From Verrucomicrobiota bacterium (lineage in GTDB: Bacteria > Verrucomicrobiota > Verrucomicrobiia > Limisphaerales > Palsa-1400), in contig JBEKYR010000007.1 of NCBI GenBank assembly GCA_049510745.1, forward strand, positions 126,308 through 190,307: a stretch of 64,000 bases of DNA, written 5' to 3'. The first letter of the stretch is position 1. Each line of letters begins with the position of its first letter. The notes under the pieces are model-generated. The model was not told the DNA's origin, made no database searches, and saw only the letters and a list, made by a program, of their open reading frames with translations. Shown here in pieces: positions 21,702-32,512 of the stretch. The position numbers and the translations under genes were made by a program.

Positions 21702-23291
21702 TTACTGCGAACCGACCACTCGGTAAAATCGCGCCGCCGCGGAAGCTCCGTCGGTGACACTCCATTGCGATGTGCTGGTATTCGTTTCCAGGAAGGGAAT
21801 CCATTCCATAAAATCGGAGGATTCCTCTACGGTCCAAATGCCAGGGGTCGCGTTGTTGACGTTGAGGTCGAAACCTGTCGGGGAAATAGCTCCGTTCAGC
21901 GAGGGCCGGGCGGGAGCGGAGACAACCGAAAACCCTCCCAAAGTCAGCCAGCCGGGCAGGATGGCGTCTTGGGCGGCATTGGCGAAGCGCAATGGCACTC
22001 CGTTGGTCAGTGGATTTTGCACGGCCAACAACAATTTGTATTGGCCAGTGGCCAGGCCGTGATTGGTCTGGCTCCAAATCCAGAGCGTGCTGGTCTGTGT
22101 CGGGAGAAGAGACGAGAGCTTCCAAGTTGTCGTCCAAGTCTTGACAAGAGCGTTGCTGGAGGCCAGCGCGCCCAATTGCACGGGCCAGTCGTAGTAGAAT
22201 GGCGCCACTCCCGTGTTCCAGACTTGCACACTGACGTTGAGCGGTCCCGATACGGACGCGTCCACCACCGTGGCGTTGGAGACATAGAGGCTATAGCCCA
22301 AAAGGCAGCTTCCAGCCAGGGCCAGGGCCTGTTGCGCCCCGGAGAAACCAGGGTCGAAGACAGACTGGTTCAACATCCACGAAGCATGGGTGAGGGCGAC
22401 ACAATTGGTAAAATCCTGTCCGGTTGGCACGCAGTTCGTCTGCGTCAGGTCCCACATGCAGGGTTGGTTGGGGGGATAAACCTCGCCCCCAATGGGCTGG
22501 GTGAGCCACTTGTTCGTTTCACCCGCCGCCTTCAACAATCCCAGGAACATCCAGCCTGGCGGATCAATGGTTTGATAGGCGAACGAATCATCATGGTAGC
22601 CGATCAACCTCGCCAACGGGTTGGTGCCCGAGGGCCAGCGCACCAGAAGCTTGGTCTTGGAAAAGGCCGCACCGTACGCGTTCAGGACTTCGTCCTGGAC
22701 CGCCGTCGAGGCAAACCAGTTGGTGTGCGGATAAGTATGCCATTCGCCCCAAAAGCCGAGCAAACCAACCGTGATGAAGCCGATGCGAGGATCGCCGTCG
22801 TAACGCGCCCCTAACGCTCCGATAAAATTGGTCAACGCCTGTTGCAAAAGGGCGTTGCTATAGTCCGGGCAGACGCTCACGCCGTTATTGCCGTAGTCTG
22901 TGTAACTATATGTTGCCAGTCCGGCGTCCAGAAGGTACTGCGGTATGCCAGTCGGGAGGGTGGGATAATCCAGATAGACGCGAAAGACCGTTTGGTGTCC
23001 GCGGCCAGCGTCGCTGCCGAGCAGGGCATCCAGGCTGGCCCAGTTGAAGTTCGTTGACCCGGTCATCAACGAGCGCAGCGGCAGGTAGCTCCACTCCATG
23101 CTGTAAGGGAAGGTGCTGTAGCTGCCGGTATAAGGCATGAACCCTTTGAGCGGGTTGTTCGTCGGCGTGGCCGAGGGCGCCAGCATGTAGGAATTAGTAG
23201 TCCCCGCCGCGCCGATGGCCGCGGCCAGCGACAGGACCCCGATAAGCATCCGGGCCACGCGACGGACAATTTGTGGAGCCACGGTTTGCAT
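21702..23291 (-). CDS. Secreted DUF4832-type putative glycoside hydrolase with C-terminal RFYR domain
   Basis: NNPLKGF, VGLLGFWGEWH, YHDDSF, PIGGEV, LGY, NTGVAPFYYDWP; ends ARFYRVVGSQ. Confidence 0.8.
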   Translation of the reverse strand: MQTVAPQIVRRVARMLIGVLSLAAAIGAAGTTNSYMLAPSATPTNNPLKGFMPYTGSYSTFPYSMEWSYLPLRSLMTGSTNFNWASLDALLGSDAGRGHQTVFRVYLDYPTLPTGIPQYLLDAGLATYSYTDYGNNGVSVCPDYSNALLQQALTNFIGALGARYDGDPRIGFITVGLLGFWGEWHTYPHTNWFASTAVQDEVLNAYGAAFSKTKLLVRWPSGTNPLARLIGYHDDSFAYQTIDPPGWMFLGLLKAAGETNKWLTQPIGGEVYPPNQPCMWDLTQTNCVPTGQDFTNCVALTHASWMLNQSVFDPGFSGAQQALALAGSCLLGYSLYVSNATVVDASVSGPLNVSVQVWNTGVAPFYYDWPVQLGALASSNALVKTWTTTWKLSSLLPTQTSTLWIWSQTNHGLATGQYKLLLAVQNPLTNGVPLRFANAAQDAILPGWLTLGGFSVVSAPARPSLNGAISPTGFDLNVNNATPGIWTVEESSDFMEWIPFLETNTSTSQWSVTDGASAAARFYRVVGSQ

Positions 23292-23314
23292 TTAGGATAA
23301 GGAGAAAGGGGTTG

Positions 23315-24127
23315 TTACTGCGGCGGCGGAATCGTGGCGGGAGTCACCCAGTTCTTGTGCCAATTGATGCTCCACAGATTTTGCAATTTTTGTGGATTGG
23401 CATGGCCGTCCATGTACGCGATGTCAATTCCCCCGGTGAGTTGGGGGCTTGATGTGATGTTCCTGGGCGCCGCGCCGGGCGCAAGCCCGAGATGCCGCGC
23501 CACAGTGTATCGTCCCATAAATGTGTTATCGCTTCCGTTGTATAAGTCTTTGGCGGGGCCGTCGGTTTCCTCCGGCCAGCCATCAACCCAGACCGCGTCC
23601 GCAAAGAGCGGCGTGGTTGAGGGCAGGTTGACGCTGGCCTCCGAATCGTACTTCCAATCGTCGGACGCGCCTACAATCACATCGGCAACGGAATAATTGC
23701 CGGTATAGAGCCAGCCGTTGTAACCATAGCTGCCGGTGAAATTGGTCTTGAACGGATACCATTGCCACATTTGATCGGCGGCGCCAAAAGTGTATTGCGG
23801 GCTAAGGATGGTGCGAGTCGTGGGAGTGCTGGCCAGGGGACAGACCCGGGCGGAGTTGACTTTGGCGTAATACGTCAGCAACGTATTCATCCACAGATTC
23901 TCGTCTTCGCTGTACTGGAATGACTTGCCTCGGAAATCGCCCAGATACATGGCATGGGCCAAGCCCATTTGCCTCAGGTTGCTGACACACCGGGTATTTT
24001 GGGCCTTCAGTTTCGCGCTCGACAGAGCCGGCAAAAGCAGCGAGGCCAGGATGGCGATGATGGCGATCACCACCAACAGTTCGATGAGCGTAAACGCCCG
24101 CCACCGCAAATCTCTTTTCATTTTCAT
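23315..24127 (-). CDS. Prepilin-type N-terminal cleavage/methylation protein with H-X9-DG-type C-terminus (paralogue 1)
   Basis: [44 protein letters not shown]...YMDGH; start ATG 24127 (track ORF over-extended). Confidence 0.92.
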   Translation of the reverse strand: MKMKRDLRWRAFTLIELLVVIAIIAILASLLLPALSSAKLKAQNTRCVSNLRQMGLAHAMYLGDFRGKSFQYSEDENLWMNTLLTYYAKVNSARVCPLASTPTTRTILSPQYTFGAADQMWQWYPFKTNFTGSYGYNGWLYTGNYSVADVIVGASDDWKYDSEASVNLPSTTPLFADAVWVDGWPEETDGPAKDLYNGSDNTFMGRYTVARHLGLAPGAAPRNITSSPQLTGGIDIAYMDGHANPQKLQNLWSINWHKNWVTPATIPPPQ

Positions 24128-24304
24128 ACTCGCAAGCTGAACTGGGCGCCGCTGATTCCGAAACCGCACGCCCCGTCGCGACACCGATTTGATTTTTGTG
24201 AGAGAGAGATTGCCACAAAGGATGCGGTCTTGGCTACCTGCACAATGATGTAGCTGGAATGGACTTGCTGCCAGGGCGGGAAGAAGGCAGGATAGAGAAT
24301 CACA

Positions 24305-27300
24305 ATGAAAACTGCCGTGACACCGCCGGGATCGCAGGCGTTGGTTCCATGGCGCGCCTCGGTTCTGGCGGTCTGGATTTGTTGTTGCATGGGCGTGCGC
24401 CTTGAGGCGCAGAACGCCCTCTCGCCGACACCGTCCCAATTCATGATCAAGGCCTGGTCCATGCCCGACGGATTGCCGCACCTCTCGGTCACGGCGCTGG
24501 CGCAAACCGCCGACGGTTACATCTGGGTCGGCACTCTGGCCGGGTTGGCCCGCTTTGATGGGGTGCGCTTCAAAGTGTTTACGCCCCAGAATTGTCCGGA
24601 GCTGCCCCGCAGCCGGATTGGCGGACTGTTCCAAGGACCCGATGACACGCTGTTCATCGCCACCGAGCGCGGGGGCGGTTTAGTCGCGCTTCGGGCCGGC
24701 CGATTCGAGCAGTTGCTTGGTTCCGGGAACGAACAGGATGAGATCGTGACTTCGTTGACAGAGGCGGCGGGTGACACCTTGTTTGTGGCGCGATCCGGCG
24801 CCATCTGGCGTTGGTCCCGCGGAAACTTGACCGCCCTTTGCACCAACCGCGCCTTCTATCCGGTTTCTCCGGACCATGTGTGCCAAGATACGCGGGGCCG
24901 GATCTGGATGGTTAGCCGGGCCGACGAGGCGGGACGATTGCTCTGTTTTGATTCGGGCCGGCTGGAGCCTGTGGCGCTGCCGGAGGCCCTGAGCGGCGGG
25001 CAGATTCACGCCCTGGCCCGGGATGCGGCTGGTCAAATCTGGCTGGGCGCCTCGCGCGGGCTGGCCGTCTTGCGAGGAGATCGATTTGAACCGGTCCAAC
25101 TGCCGGAATTTGGAACCAACGTCAGTATCAAGGACCTGGCAGCCTGCCGCGACGGCGCATTGTGGGTGTGCGGCGCCAATCACTGGCAGCGGAAATTCAA
25201 GGCCGGACGCTGGATGAACGCGACCAGCCAGGTGGGCGGCGTGCAAACCTCGCTCGCACCACTGGGCGAAGACCGTTGGGGAAATCTCTGCCTGGGCCGT
25301 TTTCCCGAAGGCTACATCACCGTTTCGCAGGACGGAACGGTGACGAGGATCGACTCGGCTGAGGGACTGCCCGGCACGACGGTTTCCTGCCAGTTGACAG
25401 ACCGTGAGGGCAACCAGTGGTTGGGACTCGTTGACGGAGGGCTGGCGCAGCTTCGGCCGCGCCGCTTCAGCATGTTGGGCGGGCTGGCCTTGACCACGCC
25501 GGTCTATTCCATCTGCGAAGATCACCAGGGATGCATTTGGGTGGGCAGCAGTTTCGGCGGCGTTTACCGATTCCGGGGAACCAACATGACCCGTTATGGC
25601 GCCAGCGACCTGCCGCTGACGGACATCTGGTCGTTGTTCGAGGACAGTCAATCCAATTTATGGGTCGGCACATCCTCGCACGGCGTGTATCAGTTTCACG
25701 ACGGCCGTTTCAAGCCCATGTTTGACAGAACGCAGATTTCCGACCGGGTGGATGCGATCCACGAAGACCGGCAGGGGCGGCTCTGGTTCGGGCATTGGAG
25801 CGGCCTGGCGTGCTATGCCAATGGACAGCTGACGCGGATTGCCATGCCGTGGGCCTCGGACGATTGCGAGGTGGTAGCGATCGCTTCGGACAAGAAGGAG
25901 CGGCTCTGGCTGGGCACCAAGGGCGCGGGCCTGTTCTGCCTGAGCCAGGGGAAGTTTACCTCTTACACAACCGCCAACGGCCTGCCCAGCAACCTGGCCT
26001 GGTCCCTTTTTGTGGATCGCGACGACACGTTGTGGATCGGCACGGCGGACGGCGGATTGACGCGCTTGCGGGAGGGCCAGTTGGCCAATTTCACGGCGCG
26101 GGACGGCCTGCCTGACACCACGGTTTGTCACATTACCGAGGATGCCAGCCAGCGCCTCTGGTTGGATTCGCCCCACGGAGTTTTTTCGGTGGCAAAATCG
26201 GCCCTGGAAGCTTTCGTGCGAGGCCAGACGGAGGGCTTTTCCTGCGTCACCTATGATCAGACCGACGGGATGTTGAGCAGTTCCTGCACCTGCGCTTTTC
26301 AACCTTCAGGCTGCCAGACGCGCGATGGCCGGCTGCTCTTTCCTACGCTCAAAGGCGTTGTCGTGGTGCGCCCGGACAGGGCCGATGCCAACACCCTGCC
26401 GCCGCCGGTCCTCATTGAAGAAGTGGCCGTGGAGGACCACGATTACGACATGACACGCCGGGCCAACTTGACCGTGCCCGCGGGCAAAACCCGCCTCGCC
26501 ATACGCTACACTGCGTTGAGCTATGCGGCGCCGGAGAAAGTGCGCTTCAAGTATCGGATGCTGGGCCTGGATTCGAACTGGACGGACGCCGGCGCCAAAC
26601 GGGCTGTGGACTATCCCTACCTGCCGCACGGGCGCTACAAATTCCAGGTGCTGGCCTGCAACAACGACGGCGTCTGGAGCGCGCAAGGAGCCAGTTTTGA
26701 TCTGATCATTCCACCCCGCTTCTGGCAAACGTGGTGGTTTCTCGGTTTGGCCTTGCTCGGCAGCGGCGCCAGCATCGCGCTGACCGCGCGGGGCATGGAA
26801 AAAGCCAAGGCACAACGGAGATTGGAACGCGAGCAACAGGCGCGCATGGTTGAACTGGAACGGGCGCGCATTGCCCGGGATTTCCACGACGACGTCGGGT
26901 CCCGCCTGACCCATGTCATTGTGTTGAGCCAACTGCTCAAGGAGGACAAAGCCAGGCCCAGCGAAGTCGAGGCCCACGCCGCCATGATTGGCCATACGGC
27001 GCGCCATGCAGTTCACGAACTGGGCACCATCATTTGGGCGGCCAACCCGCGCAACGATACGCTCGACGGCCTGGTGCAATATATCAGCCAGTATTCATAC
27101 GACTTTTTCCTGGCCACACCGGTGGCGTGTCACTTGGATTTGCCGACGGAGGTCCCGGCCCTGCCTCTGACGGCCGAGGTCCGGCACAACCTATTCATGG
27201 TCGTGAAGGAGGCGTTGCACAACATTCTCAAGCACTCCGGCGCCGCCGAAGCCCGCCTGAGCTTGAAGCTGCAGGATGGAGTCCTCGAAATTCGCGTCGA

Positions 27301-27469
27301 AGATAACGGGTGCGGCTTTCAAGCCGGGCGCGCCACAGCCAGTCAGCGCAATGGTCTGGCCAACATGCGTCACCGGCTCGAAGTCATCGGCGCGTCGCTG
27401 CGCATCGAAAGCCAACCAGGCGCCGGAACTTCCATTCAAGCCCGGCTCCCATACCCGCCGGCAAAATGA
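24305..27469 (+). CDS. Sensor histidine kinase: Reg_prop beta-propellers, Y_Y_Y, TM, HisKA_3, HATPase
   Basis: GLP..V..L..D..G.LW.GT repeats, [47 protein letters not shown]. Confidence 0.93.
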   Translation: MKTAVTPPGSQALVPWRASVLAVWICCCMGVRLEAQNALSPTPSQFMIKAWSMPDGLPHLSVTALAQTADGYIWVGTLAGLARFDGVRFKVFTPQNCPELPRSRIGGLFQGPDDTLFIATERGGGLVALRAGRFEQLLGSGNEQDEIVTSLTEAAGDTLFVARSGAIWRWSRGNLTALCTNRAFYPVSPDHVCQDTRGRIWMVSRADEAGRLLCFDSGRLEPVALPEALSGGQIHALARDAAGQIWLGASRGLAVLRGDRFEPVQLPEFGTNVSIKDLAACRDGALWVCGANHWQRKFKAGRWMNATSQVGGVQTSLAPLGEDRWGNLCLGRFPEGYITVSQDGTVTRIDSAEGLPGTTVSCQLTDREGNQWLGLVDGGLAQLRPRRFSMLGGLALTTPVYSICEDHQGCIWVGSSFGGVYRFRGTNMTRYGASDLPLTDIWSLFEDSQSNLWVGTSSHGVYQFHDGRFKPMFDRTQISDRVDAIHEDRQGRLWFGHWSGLACYANGQLTRIAMPWASDDCEVVAIASDKKERLWLGTKGAGLFCLSQGKFTSYTTANGLPSNLAWSLFVDRDDTLWIGTADGGLTRLREGQLANFTARDGLPDTTVCHITEDASQRLWLDSPHGVFSVAKSALEAFVRGQTEGFSCVTYDQTDGMLSSSCTCAFQPSGCQTRDGRLLFPTLKGVVVVRPDRADANTLPPPVLIEEVAVEDHDYDMTRRANLTVPAGKTRLAIRYTALSYAAPEKVRFKYRMLGLDSNWTDAGAKRAVDYPYLPHGRYKFQVLACNNDGVWSAQGASFDLIIPPRFWQTWWFLGLALLGSGASIALTARGMEKAKAQRRLEREQQARMVELERARIARDFHDDVGSRLTHVIVLSQLLKEDKARPSEVEAHAAMIGHTARHAVHELGTIIWAANPRNDTLDGLVQYISQYSYDFFLATPVACHLDLPTEVPALPLTAEVRHNLFMVVKEALHNILKHSGAAEARLSLKLQDGVLEIRVEDNGCGFQAGRATASQRNGLANMRHRLEVIGASLRIESQPGAGTSIQARLPYPPAK

Positions 27470-27506
27470 ACCCTGACAACCAACAGCCGGCCAGATTGAC
27501 AAAGTT

Positions 27507-28133
27507 ATGAGCATTCGAGTCGCCTTGGTGGAGGACAATGATGATCTCCGGCAGAGCATGAAAAGCCTGCTCAACAGATCCTCGCGCCTCCGCGTGGTCG
27601 CCGACTACCCCGACGCCGAGTCCGCCCTGGCCGACCTCGTCCGGCATAAGCCGGAGGTCGTGCTGATGGATGTCAAACTGCCAAGGATGGACGGCGTGGA
27701 GTGTGTCCGGCTCCTCAAAGGTCTTCTGCCGACAGTGCTTATCCTCATGTTGACAATCCATGACGACAACGATTCGCTGTTCAACTCAATCCTGGCTGGG
27801 GCCGACGGCTTTTTGCTCAAGGACACCGTTCCCTCACGGCTGGTCGAAGCGATCGAGGAGGTGCGCCACGGCGGCTCGCCCATGACCCCGCAGATCGCCC
27901 GCCGCATTGTCCAGCGCTTCCGCAAGAGCGATGCCGTGCCAGCTGACGTGGAGAATCTGACCCCGCGCGAGCGCGAAGTGCTCGAACAACTGGCCCTTGG
28001 CAACCGCTACAAGGAAATCAGCGACCGGCTGGGCGTCAGTTTGGACGGCATCCGCTTCCACATTCGCGGCGTGTACAACAAATTGCACGTCCACTCCAGA
28101 ACGGAGGCGGTCGTCAAATACCTGAAGCGGTAG
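27507..28133 (+). CDS. NarL/LuxR-family response regulator
   Basis: LVEDN, VLMDVKLP, GFLLKD, LTPREREVL, YNKLHVHSRTEAV. Confidence 0.95.
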   Translation: MSIRVALVEDNDDLRQSMKSLLNRSSRLRVVADYPDAESALADLVRHKPEVVLMDVKLPRMDGVECVRLLKGLLPTVLILMLTIHDDNDSLFNSILAGADGFLLKDTVPSRLVEAIEEVRHGGSPMTPQIARRIVQRFRKSDAVPADVENLTPREREVLEQLALGNRYKEISDRLGVSLDGIRFHIRGVYNKLHVHSRTEAVVKYLKR

Positions 28134-28172
28134 CCGGCGACGGAAATTGAAACAAACGTCGGTTTCCAGCCC

Positions 28173-28196
28173 TGTGATTGGCAAGAACTCCATCCC
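28173..28196 (+). repeat. IS-end-like motif, inverted copy of 18377-18395
   Basis: TGTGA-TTGGCAAGAACTCCATCCC; 18 of 19 nt match the reverse complement of GGGATGGAGTTTTTGCCAA. Confidence 0.65.
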
Positions 28197-28440
28197 TGGG
28201 TTGGGGTTGCGGGGTTTGATCAGCCAATAAAACAGGGGTTCGGATGGGAACAGCTTTGGGTCCAGGCCAGTCCTTTCGAGGTCTTGGCGTTTGAAATCTC
28301 TGATATTTTTCATGCCTGGCAGTTTATCAGGCTGGGTTGGGCATCCGTTGTCCAAGGCGAAGATTTATTTGCAGCCCCGATCACAGGCCAAATGATGGTT
28401 TGGCCAGGGAGATGGGGTTGAATTTAATTGGAGAAAAAGT

Positions 28441-28761
28441 TTAATCATTTTGTGATTTTGTCCCGGTTTCACCGGATTCCTTTGGTTTATAATCGAGCCG
28501 AGGTTTCCACTTCGGCAATCTCATCCACAAATAATCAATTGGCTCACAAACGCTGAAGACCTCAGCCATCTCGTCAATGCTGCCCCGTTTCAAAAGCATG
28601 TTCGCCACTTTCTCGACAGCTTCCCAAACGGTTGGCAGATTCAGCATTTCAAAAGTCCACATCTCTGCCAGCAACCAAATACGGAATGCAGACATGTGTG
28701 GGTAACTCTTTCGTTTTTGACAAGTGGCCGCCACCAACCAAACTGATATTTGAGTTTTCAT
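28441..28761 (-). pseudogene. Probable 3' gene fragment cut off by the adjacent inverted repeat
   Basis: AT-rich ORF with WEAVEKVANMLLKRGSI helix; no convincing start; abuts the repeat at 28796. Confidence 0.4.
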
Positions 28762-28795
28762 GATTAGTCCGCGAGTCACTATTCATGTCAACCCG

Positions 28796-28864
28796 GTTAA
28801 GTAGCAGGAATGATGAGGGATTGGAGGTCGGGAGGCGAGTCAAAAAAAGTTTCATTTTGGGCTG
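28796..28864 (+). repeat. Left ~69-bp inverted repeat (partner at 51541-51609)
   Basis: GTTAAGTAGCAGGAATGATGAGGGATTGGAGGTCGGGAGGCGAGTCAAAAAAAGTTTCATTTTGGGCTG; 4 mismatches to the partner's reverse complement. Confidence 0.92.
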
Positions 28865-28946
28865 GACAAAAGAGGGTGAGTTTGTTGCGTCGGGGTCACT
28901 TTTGTTCTTGCAGCATTCCCGAAACCGGCGATGCTAAAGCTGGCAC

Positions 28947-30623
28947 ATGACGAAGATCGGGCTAGGTTGCAAATCCTCCCTCTGGCCGGCGCTGGCCGGG
29001 CTGCTTTGCGTGTCGCCCGGCCTGACCGCGATAAGCGCCGTCGAGACACTCAAAGAGATTGGCTTCCACGGCATCCGCGCCACCGACCCCGAGGGACTGG
29101 TTGGACTGCGAAATCCGGAACGCGGGTTTCGGATCGGGACTGTGTTTGCCGAACCGGACGGCTCGCCCTTTCCCGATGGCCGTACAGCAGATACTCGCGG
29201 GCCGGCCCATTTGCAGGGGAAGCTCCCGGCGGCCTATTCCGACCAGGGGTGGCTGTTGGATGCAAAACGCTACGAACCGTATGGGCTGACGCTCGCCCAA
29301 ACGTACTGTTACCTGGACCAATATCTGGACGGTCCGATCGCCGACGAAAAGCTCCAAGCTCTCCAGCGCAGCTTCGACCACCTGCGTCAGGCGGGCTTCA
29401 AGACGGTGTTGCGCTTCGCCTATGAAGGCGGCAGGAAAGGACTGGCCTCGGGACCGATTCTGGAAACCATCCTGAGACACCTAGACCAGTTGGCGCCGGT
29501 GATTCGCAGGAATGCCGACGTGATCGACGTCATGCAGGCGGGCTTTGTCGGGGCCTGGGGCGAATGGCACGACTCGGCCCATAAGCTGGAGGGGGACCAC
29601 GCAAACCTGGCGGCCATAGTGGCCAAGGTGCTGGCCGTCCTGCCGGCCGAACGCATGATTCAGGTTCGCGTCCCCAAGTATAAACGCTGGGTCCTGAGCG
29701 AGCCGTCGATCAACGCCTACCGCGTCGTCGATGCCTCGACCGCCTTTACGGGGGTGCCGGCAGCTCGAATCGGTTTCGATAACGACGGGTTTCTGGCGGA
29801 TAAGACGGACGGCGGGACGTGGCCCGAGCCGCCCTTGTTCTCCAATCCCGGCAATCCCGAATTCGATTACATGACAGCCGAAAGCCCCTACGTGGCCGTG
29901 GACGGGGAGTTGTTTTGGTCCGACCAGCGCACCACAGTGGACGGGTATCAGGCGGCCATCCGGATGCGGTTGCACCATTACAGCAGTTTCAGCCTTGCCC
30001 ACAGCTACTCCGGCCAGGAAGGCAAGCTCGGCTCGATCGACAGGTGGATCGAAACTCCGCTGACAATTGACCAGGTGCGGAAAGCCAAACTGCCGGTTTC
30101 GGACGGCTATTTCGAGGACAGCGCTGACAAGCCGGTCAAGCGGACGCAGTTCGAATATATCCGCGACCACCTCGGTTACCGGCTTGAGTTGCAGCAGGCG
30201 CGGTTCCCCGCTTCGGTCGGCGGGGGCGAGGTGTTCGCCGTCGAGGTGAGCCTGATCAACCGCGGCTTCAGCACCCTCTGCAACCCGCGACGGGCCTATT
30301 TCGTGCTCATCAACCTGGCGGGCGAGGTCGCCGGCGTTTACGCGACGGACGCCGACCCGCGCGCCTGGCAACCGTTCAAACCCGGCGACGACCAATGCAA
30401 GCCCCTGACTCAGACGGTAACGGCCCGTCTGTCCCTGGCTCCTGAGTTGGCTCCCGGCCCCTATTTATTGGGCTTGTGGTTGCCGGATGCAGCGGAGTCG
30501 CTCAAGAAAGACGCTCGGTACGCCGTTCGCGTCGCCAACCGCGATGTCCCCTGGTGGACAGGTGCCGGCAACGAGTACGGCGTCAACCTTCTGGGAACCA
30601 TACTGGTGAAAACTGGCCGCTGA
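28947..30623 (+). CDS. Secreted DUF4874+DUF4832 putative glycoside hydrolase
   Basis: NPERGF, VLRFAY, QAGFVGAWGEWH, GFDNDGFLA, VDGE, HLGYRL, NRGFS. Confidence 0.85.
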   Translation: MTKIGLGCKSSLWPALAGLLCVSPGLTAISAVETLKEIGFHGIRATDPEGLVGLRNPERGFRIGTVFAEPDGSPFPDGRTADTRGPAHLQGKLPAAYSDQGWLLDAKRYEPYGLTLAQTYCYLDQYLDGPIADEKLQALQRSFDHLRQAGFKTVLRFAYEGGRKGLASGPILETILRHLDQLAPVIRRNADVIDVMQAGFVGAWGEWHDSAHKLEGDHANLAAIVAKVLAVLPAERMIQVRVPKYKRWVLSEPSINAYRVVDASTAFTGVPAARIGFDNDGFLADKTDGGTWPEPPLFSNPGNPEFDYMTAESPYVAVDGELFWSDQRTTVDGYQAAIRMRLHHYSSFSLAHSYSGQEGKLGSIDRWIETPLTIDQVRKAKLPVSDGYFEDSADKPVKRTQFEYIRDHLGYRLELQQARFPASVGGGEVFAVEVSLINRGFSTLCNPRRAYFVLINLAGEVAGVYATDADPRAWQPFKPGDDQCKPLTQTVTARLSLAPELAPGPYLLGLWLPDAAESLKKDARYAVRVANRDVPWWTGAGNEYGVNLLGTILVKTGR

Positions 30624-30745
30624 TGCTCAAGGTATCGAGACTTATGCGCAGCCGCTTGCTGCGTGTCATTGATTTGGCCCAGGTAATTCATTTGAACGAC
30701 AAGCCAACCAGCGGGTTCCAGGTTAATCTGGATGACAAATTGATT

Positions 30746-32245
30746 ATGAAGCGATCCTTTGTCGGGGTATTTCTCGCCACGATGCTCACAATGTTTGCAG
30801 CACACGCCGAGGCGCTCGGCATCATGGTGCCGGCCTATTTTTACCCCTCATCGGGCGATTATTGGGATTCACTTGATTTCGCCGCTTCGCGTGCGCCGCT
30901 AATCGCCATTATGAACGTGAACAGTGGTCCGGGCACGTCAAGGGATAGTGCTTACGTCCAGGCGTTGGCCAAATTGCACCTAGCCGGCGGCAAGGTGACC
31001 GGCTACGTTTACACTTCCTACGGCACACGCCCGCTGGCGGATGTGGAGGCCGACATTGACCTTTACCTTTCGTTTTATGCGGTGGACAGATTCTTGATTG
31101 ATGAAATGGCGAGTGACGAAAACACCAATCATCTTGATTACTACGCTGCCATTTACCAGTACATCAAGGCCAAAGGCACGAATTACAGTGTCACCGGCAA
31201 TCCCGGCTCCAATACACAGGAAGATTACATTACCCGGCCAACGACCGACAGTCTCGCGCTTTTTGAGAATGATGGCACCAATTACCCCAGCTTCACCCCA
31301 TCGAGTTGGGTGGCCAAATATCCCGCGTGGCAGTTTGTTCACGTTCCGTACGACGTGGCGACCGCAACGACAATGTCCAACTATGTGGGTCTTGCCGTGA
31401 GCCGCAACGCAGGTTGGATTTACATCACCGACGCCATGTTCCCCAACCCGTATGACACACTGCCGTCCTACTGGACAAATGAAGTGAACTTGGTGCAGAC
31501 GCTCAACACGGCCAGCCTGCCAGTGAACAGCACTTTCGCGCACATCGCCATTGACGGTTCGTTCGACGATTGGACAGGCGTGCCGTTGGCATATACCTCG
31601 CCGGCGGGACCGTCCAACGCCATCCAGTATGAAAACGTCTATATCGCCAACGATCAGACTGATCTCTATATTCGGTTCACGCTTTACTCGCCTCGCGCCG
31701 CGTTCCAAAATTCCTACGATAATATATTCATCGATGCCGATGATAATTTCTCGACGGGATACCTTGTCGGAGACATCGGTTCAGAAATGCTCATCCAGAA
31801 TGGGGCCGGTTATCAGGAAAAGTCTGGCCAGTTTAACGCAGGCGGCATCAATAACTTGGCCTGGCATATCGCCGGCTCGGCCAACAGCATGGATTGGGAG
31901 CTGTCCATTTCACTCGGCGCCACCTATGCTATAGGCGGCGCGGCGGTCTTTTCCAACAGCACCATCGCCATCCTGCTCGAAGGCGACACGCCCAGCTACG
32001 CCACTGGGATACTTGTGCCACTTTCCGGCGGCCTTGTTTACACCTTCGCACCAGCGCCACCCGGCCCTCTTTCCATAAGCTACTCCGGCGGGAAGGCCAT
32101 CATTTCCTGGCCTGGGTCAGGCACGTTGCAATCGTGCGGCTTGTTGACCCATGGTGGAACTTGGACCAACGTGCCGGGGGCGGGCAGTCCCTACAGTATC
32201 CCGTCGACCAATACGCCACGGTTCTTCCGGCTCATTCAACCATGA
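30746..32245 (+). CDS. Secreted spherulin-4 (GH135-like) hydrolase plus CBM9/DOMON-like domain plus C-terminal RFFR domain
   Basis: VPAYFYP, MNVNSGPG, GYVYTSYG, FLIDEM, GNPG, FE, IYITD, NPYDTLPSYW; start ATG 30746. Confidence 0.88.
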   Translation: MKRSFVGVFLATMLTMFAAHAEALGIMVPAYFYPSSGDYWDSLDFAASRAPLIAIMNVNSGPGTSRDSAYVQALAKLHLAGGKVTGYVYTSYGTRPLADVEADIDLYLSFYAVDRFLIDEMASDENTNHLDYYAAIYQYIKAKGTNYSVTGNPGSNTQEDYITRPTTDSLALFENDGTNYPSFTPSSWVAKYPAWQFVHVPYDVATATTMSNYVGLAVSRNAGWIYITDAMFPNPYDTLPSYWTNEVNLVQTLNTASLPVNSTFAHIAIDGSFDDWTGVPLAYTSPAGPSNAIQYENVYIANDQTDLYIRFTLYSPRAAFQNSYDNIFIDADDNFSTGYLVGDIGSEMLIQNGAGYQEKSGQFNAGGINNLAWHIAGSANSMDWELSISLGATYAIGGAAVFSNSTIAILLEGDTPSYATGILVPLSGGLVYTFAPAPPGPLSISYSGGKAIISWPGSGTLQSCGLLTHGGTWTNVPGAGSPYSIPSTNTPRFFRLIQP

Positions 32246-32440
32246 TTTCAGGTCGTTTTGGGCGAAGGTGGCGCCGCAACAAGGCAATCTGGTCCACGCA
32301 GGGAAAGTCCACCGCTTCAGAACTCGCCGCCTGCGAGCGCGACACCCGAATCTCCCAATCCGCCTTTGTTGGTTTCGCGGGCGCCCGCCAGTTGCGCCGT
32401 CGCCGGTCGAGGAGGAAAAATCCGCCGGCGGGGCGGTGGC
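32246..32440 (-). pseudogene. Degenerate internal fragment of an ISAs1-like transposase
   Basis: Manual translation across frameshifts: APPADFSS / ARETNKGGL / EIR...EAVDFPCVDQIALLRR...PEI; resembles the ISAs1 E.N.GR.E.R...FP...Q region as recalled, not searched. Confidence 0.45.
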
Positions 32441-32512
32441 TAAAAATATGTATAGCTATTTTCAGGACACTACACTAGTTTGCACTTGATCTCGAAACCA
32501 TCAAGAACATTG

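Noticed and set aside
24128..24634. Long N-terminal extension of the pilin ORF 23315..24634
   Set aside because: It overlaps the divergent sensor kinase; a normal short basic prepilin leader starts at 24127
28649..28795. Possible continuation of the split integrase left of the 69-bp repeat (NRV...KELP...PYL)
   Set aside because: Similarity is weak, joining across TTAA is out of frame, and another frame reads as a more plausible unrelated protein; TBLASTN would settle it
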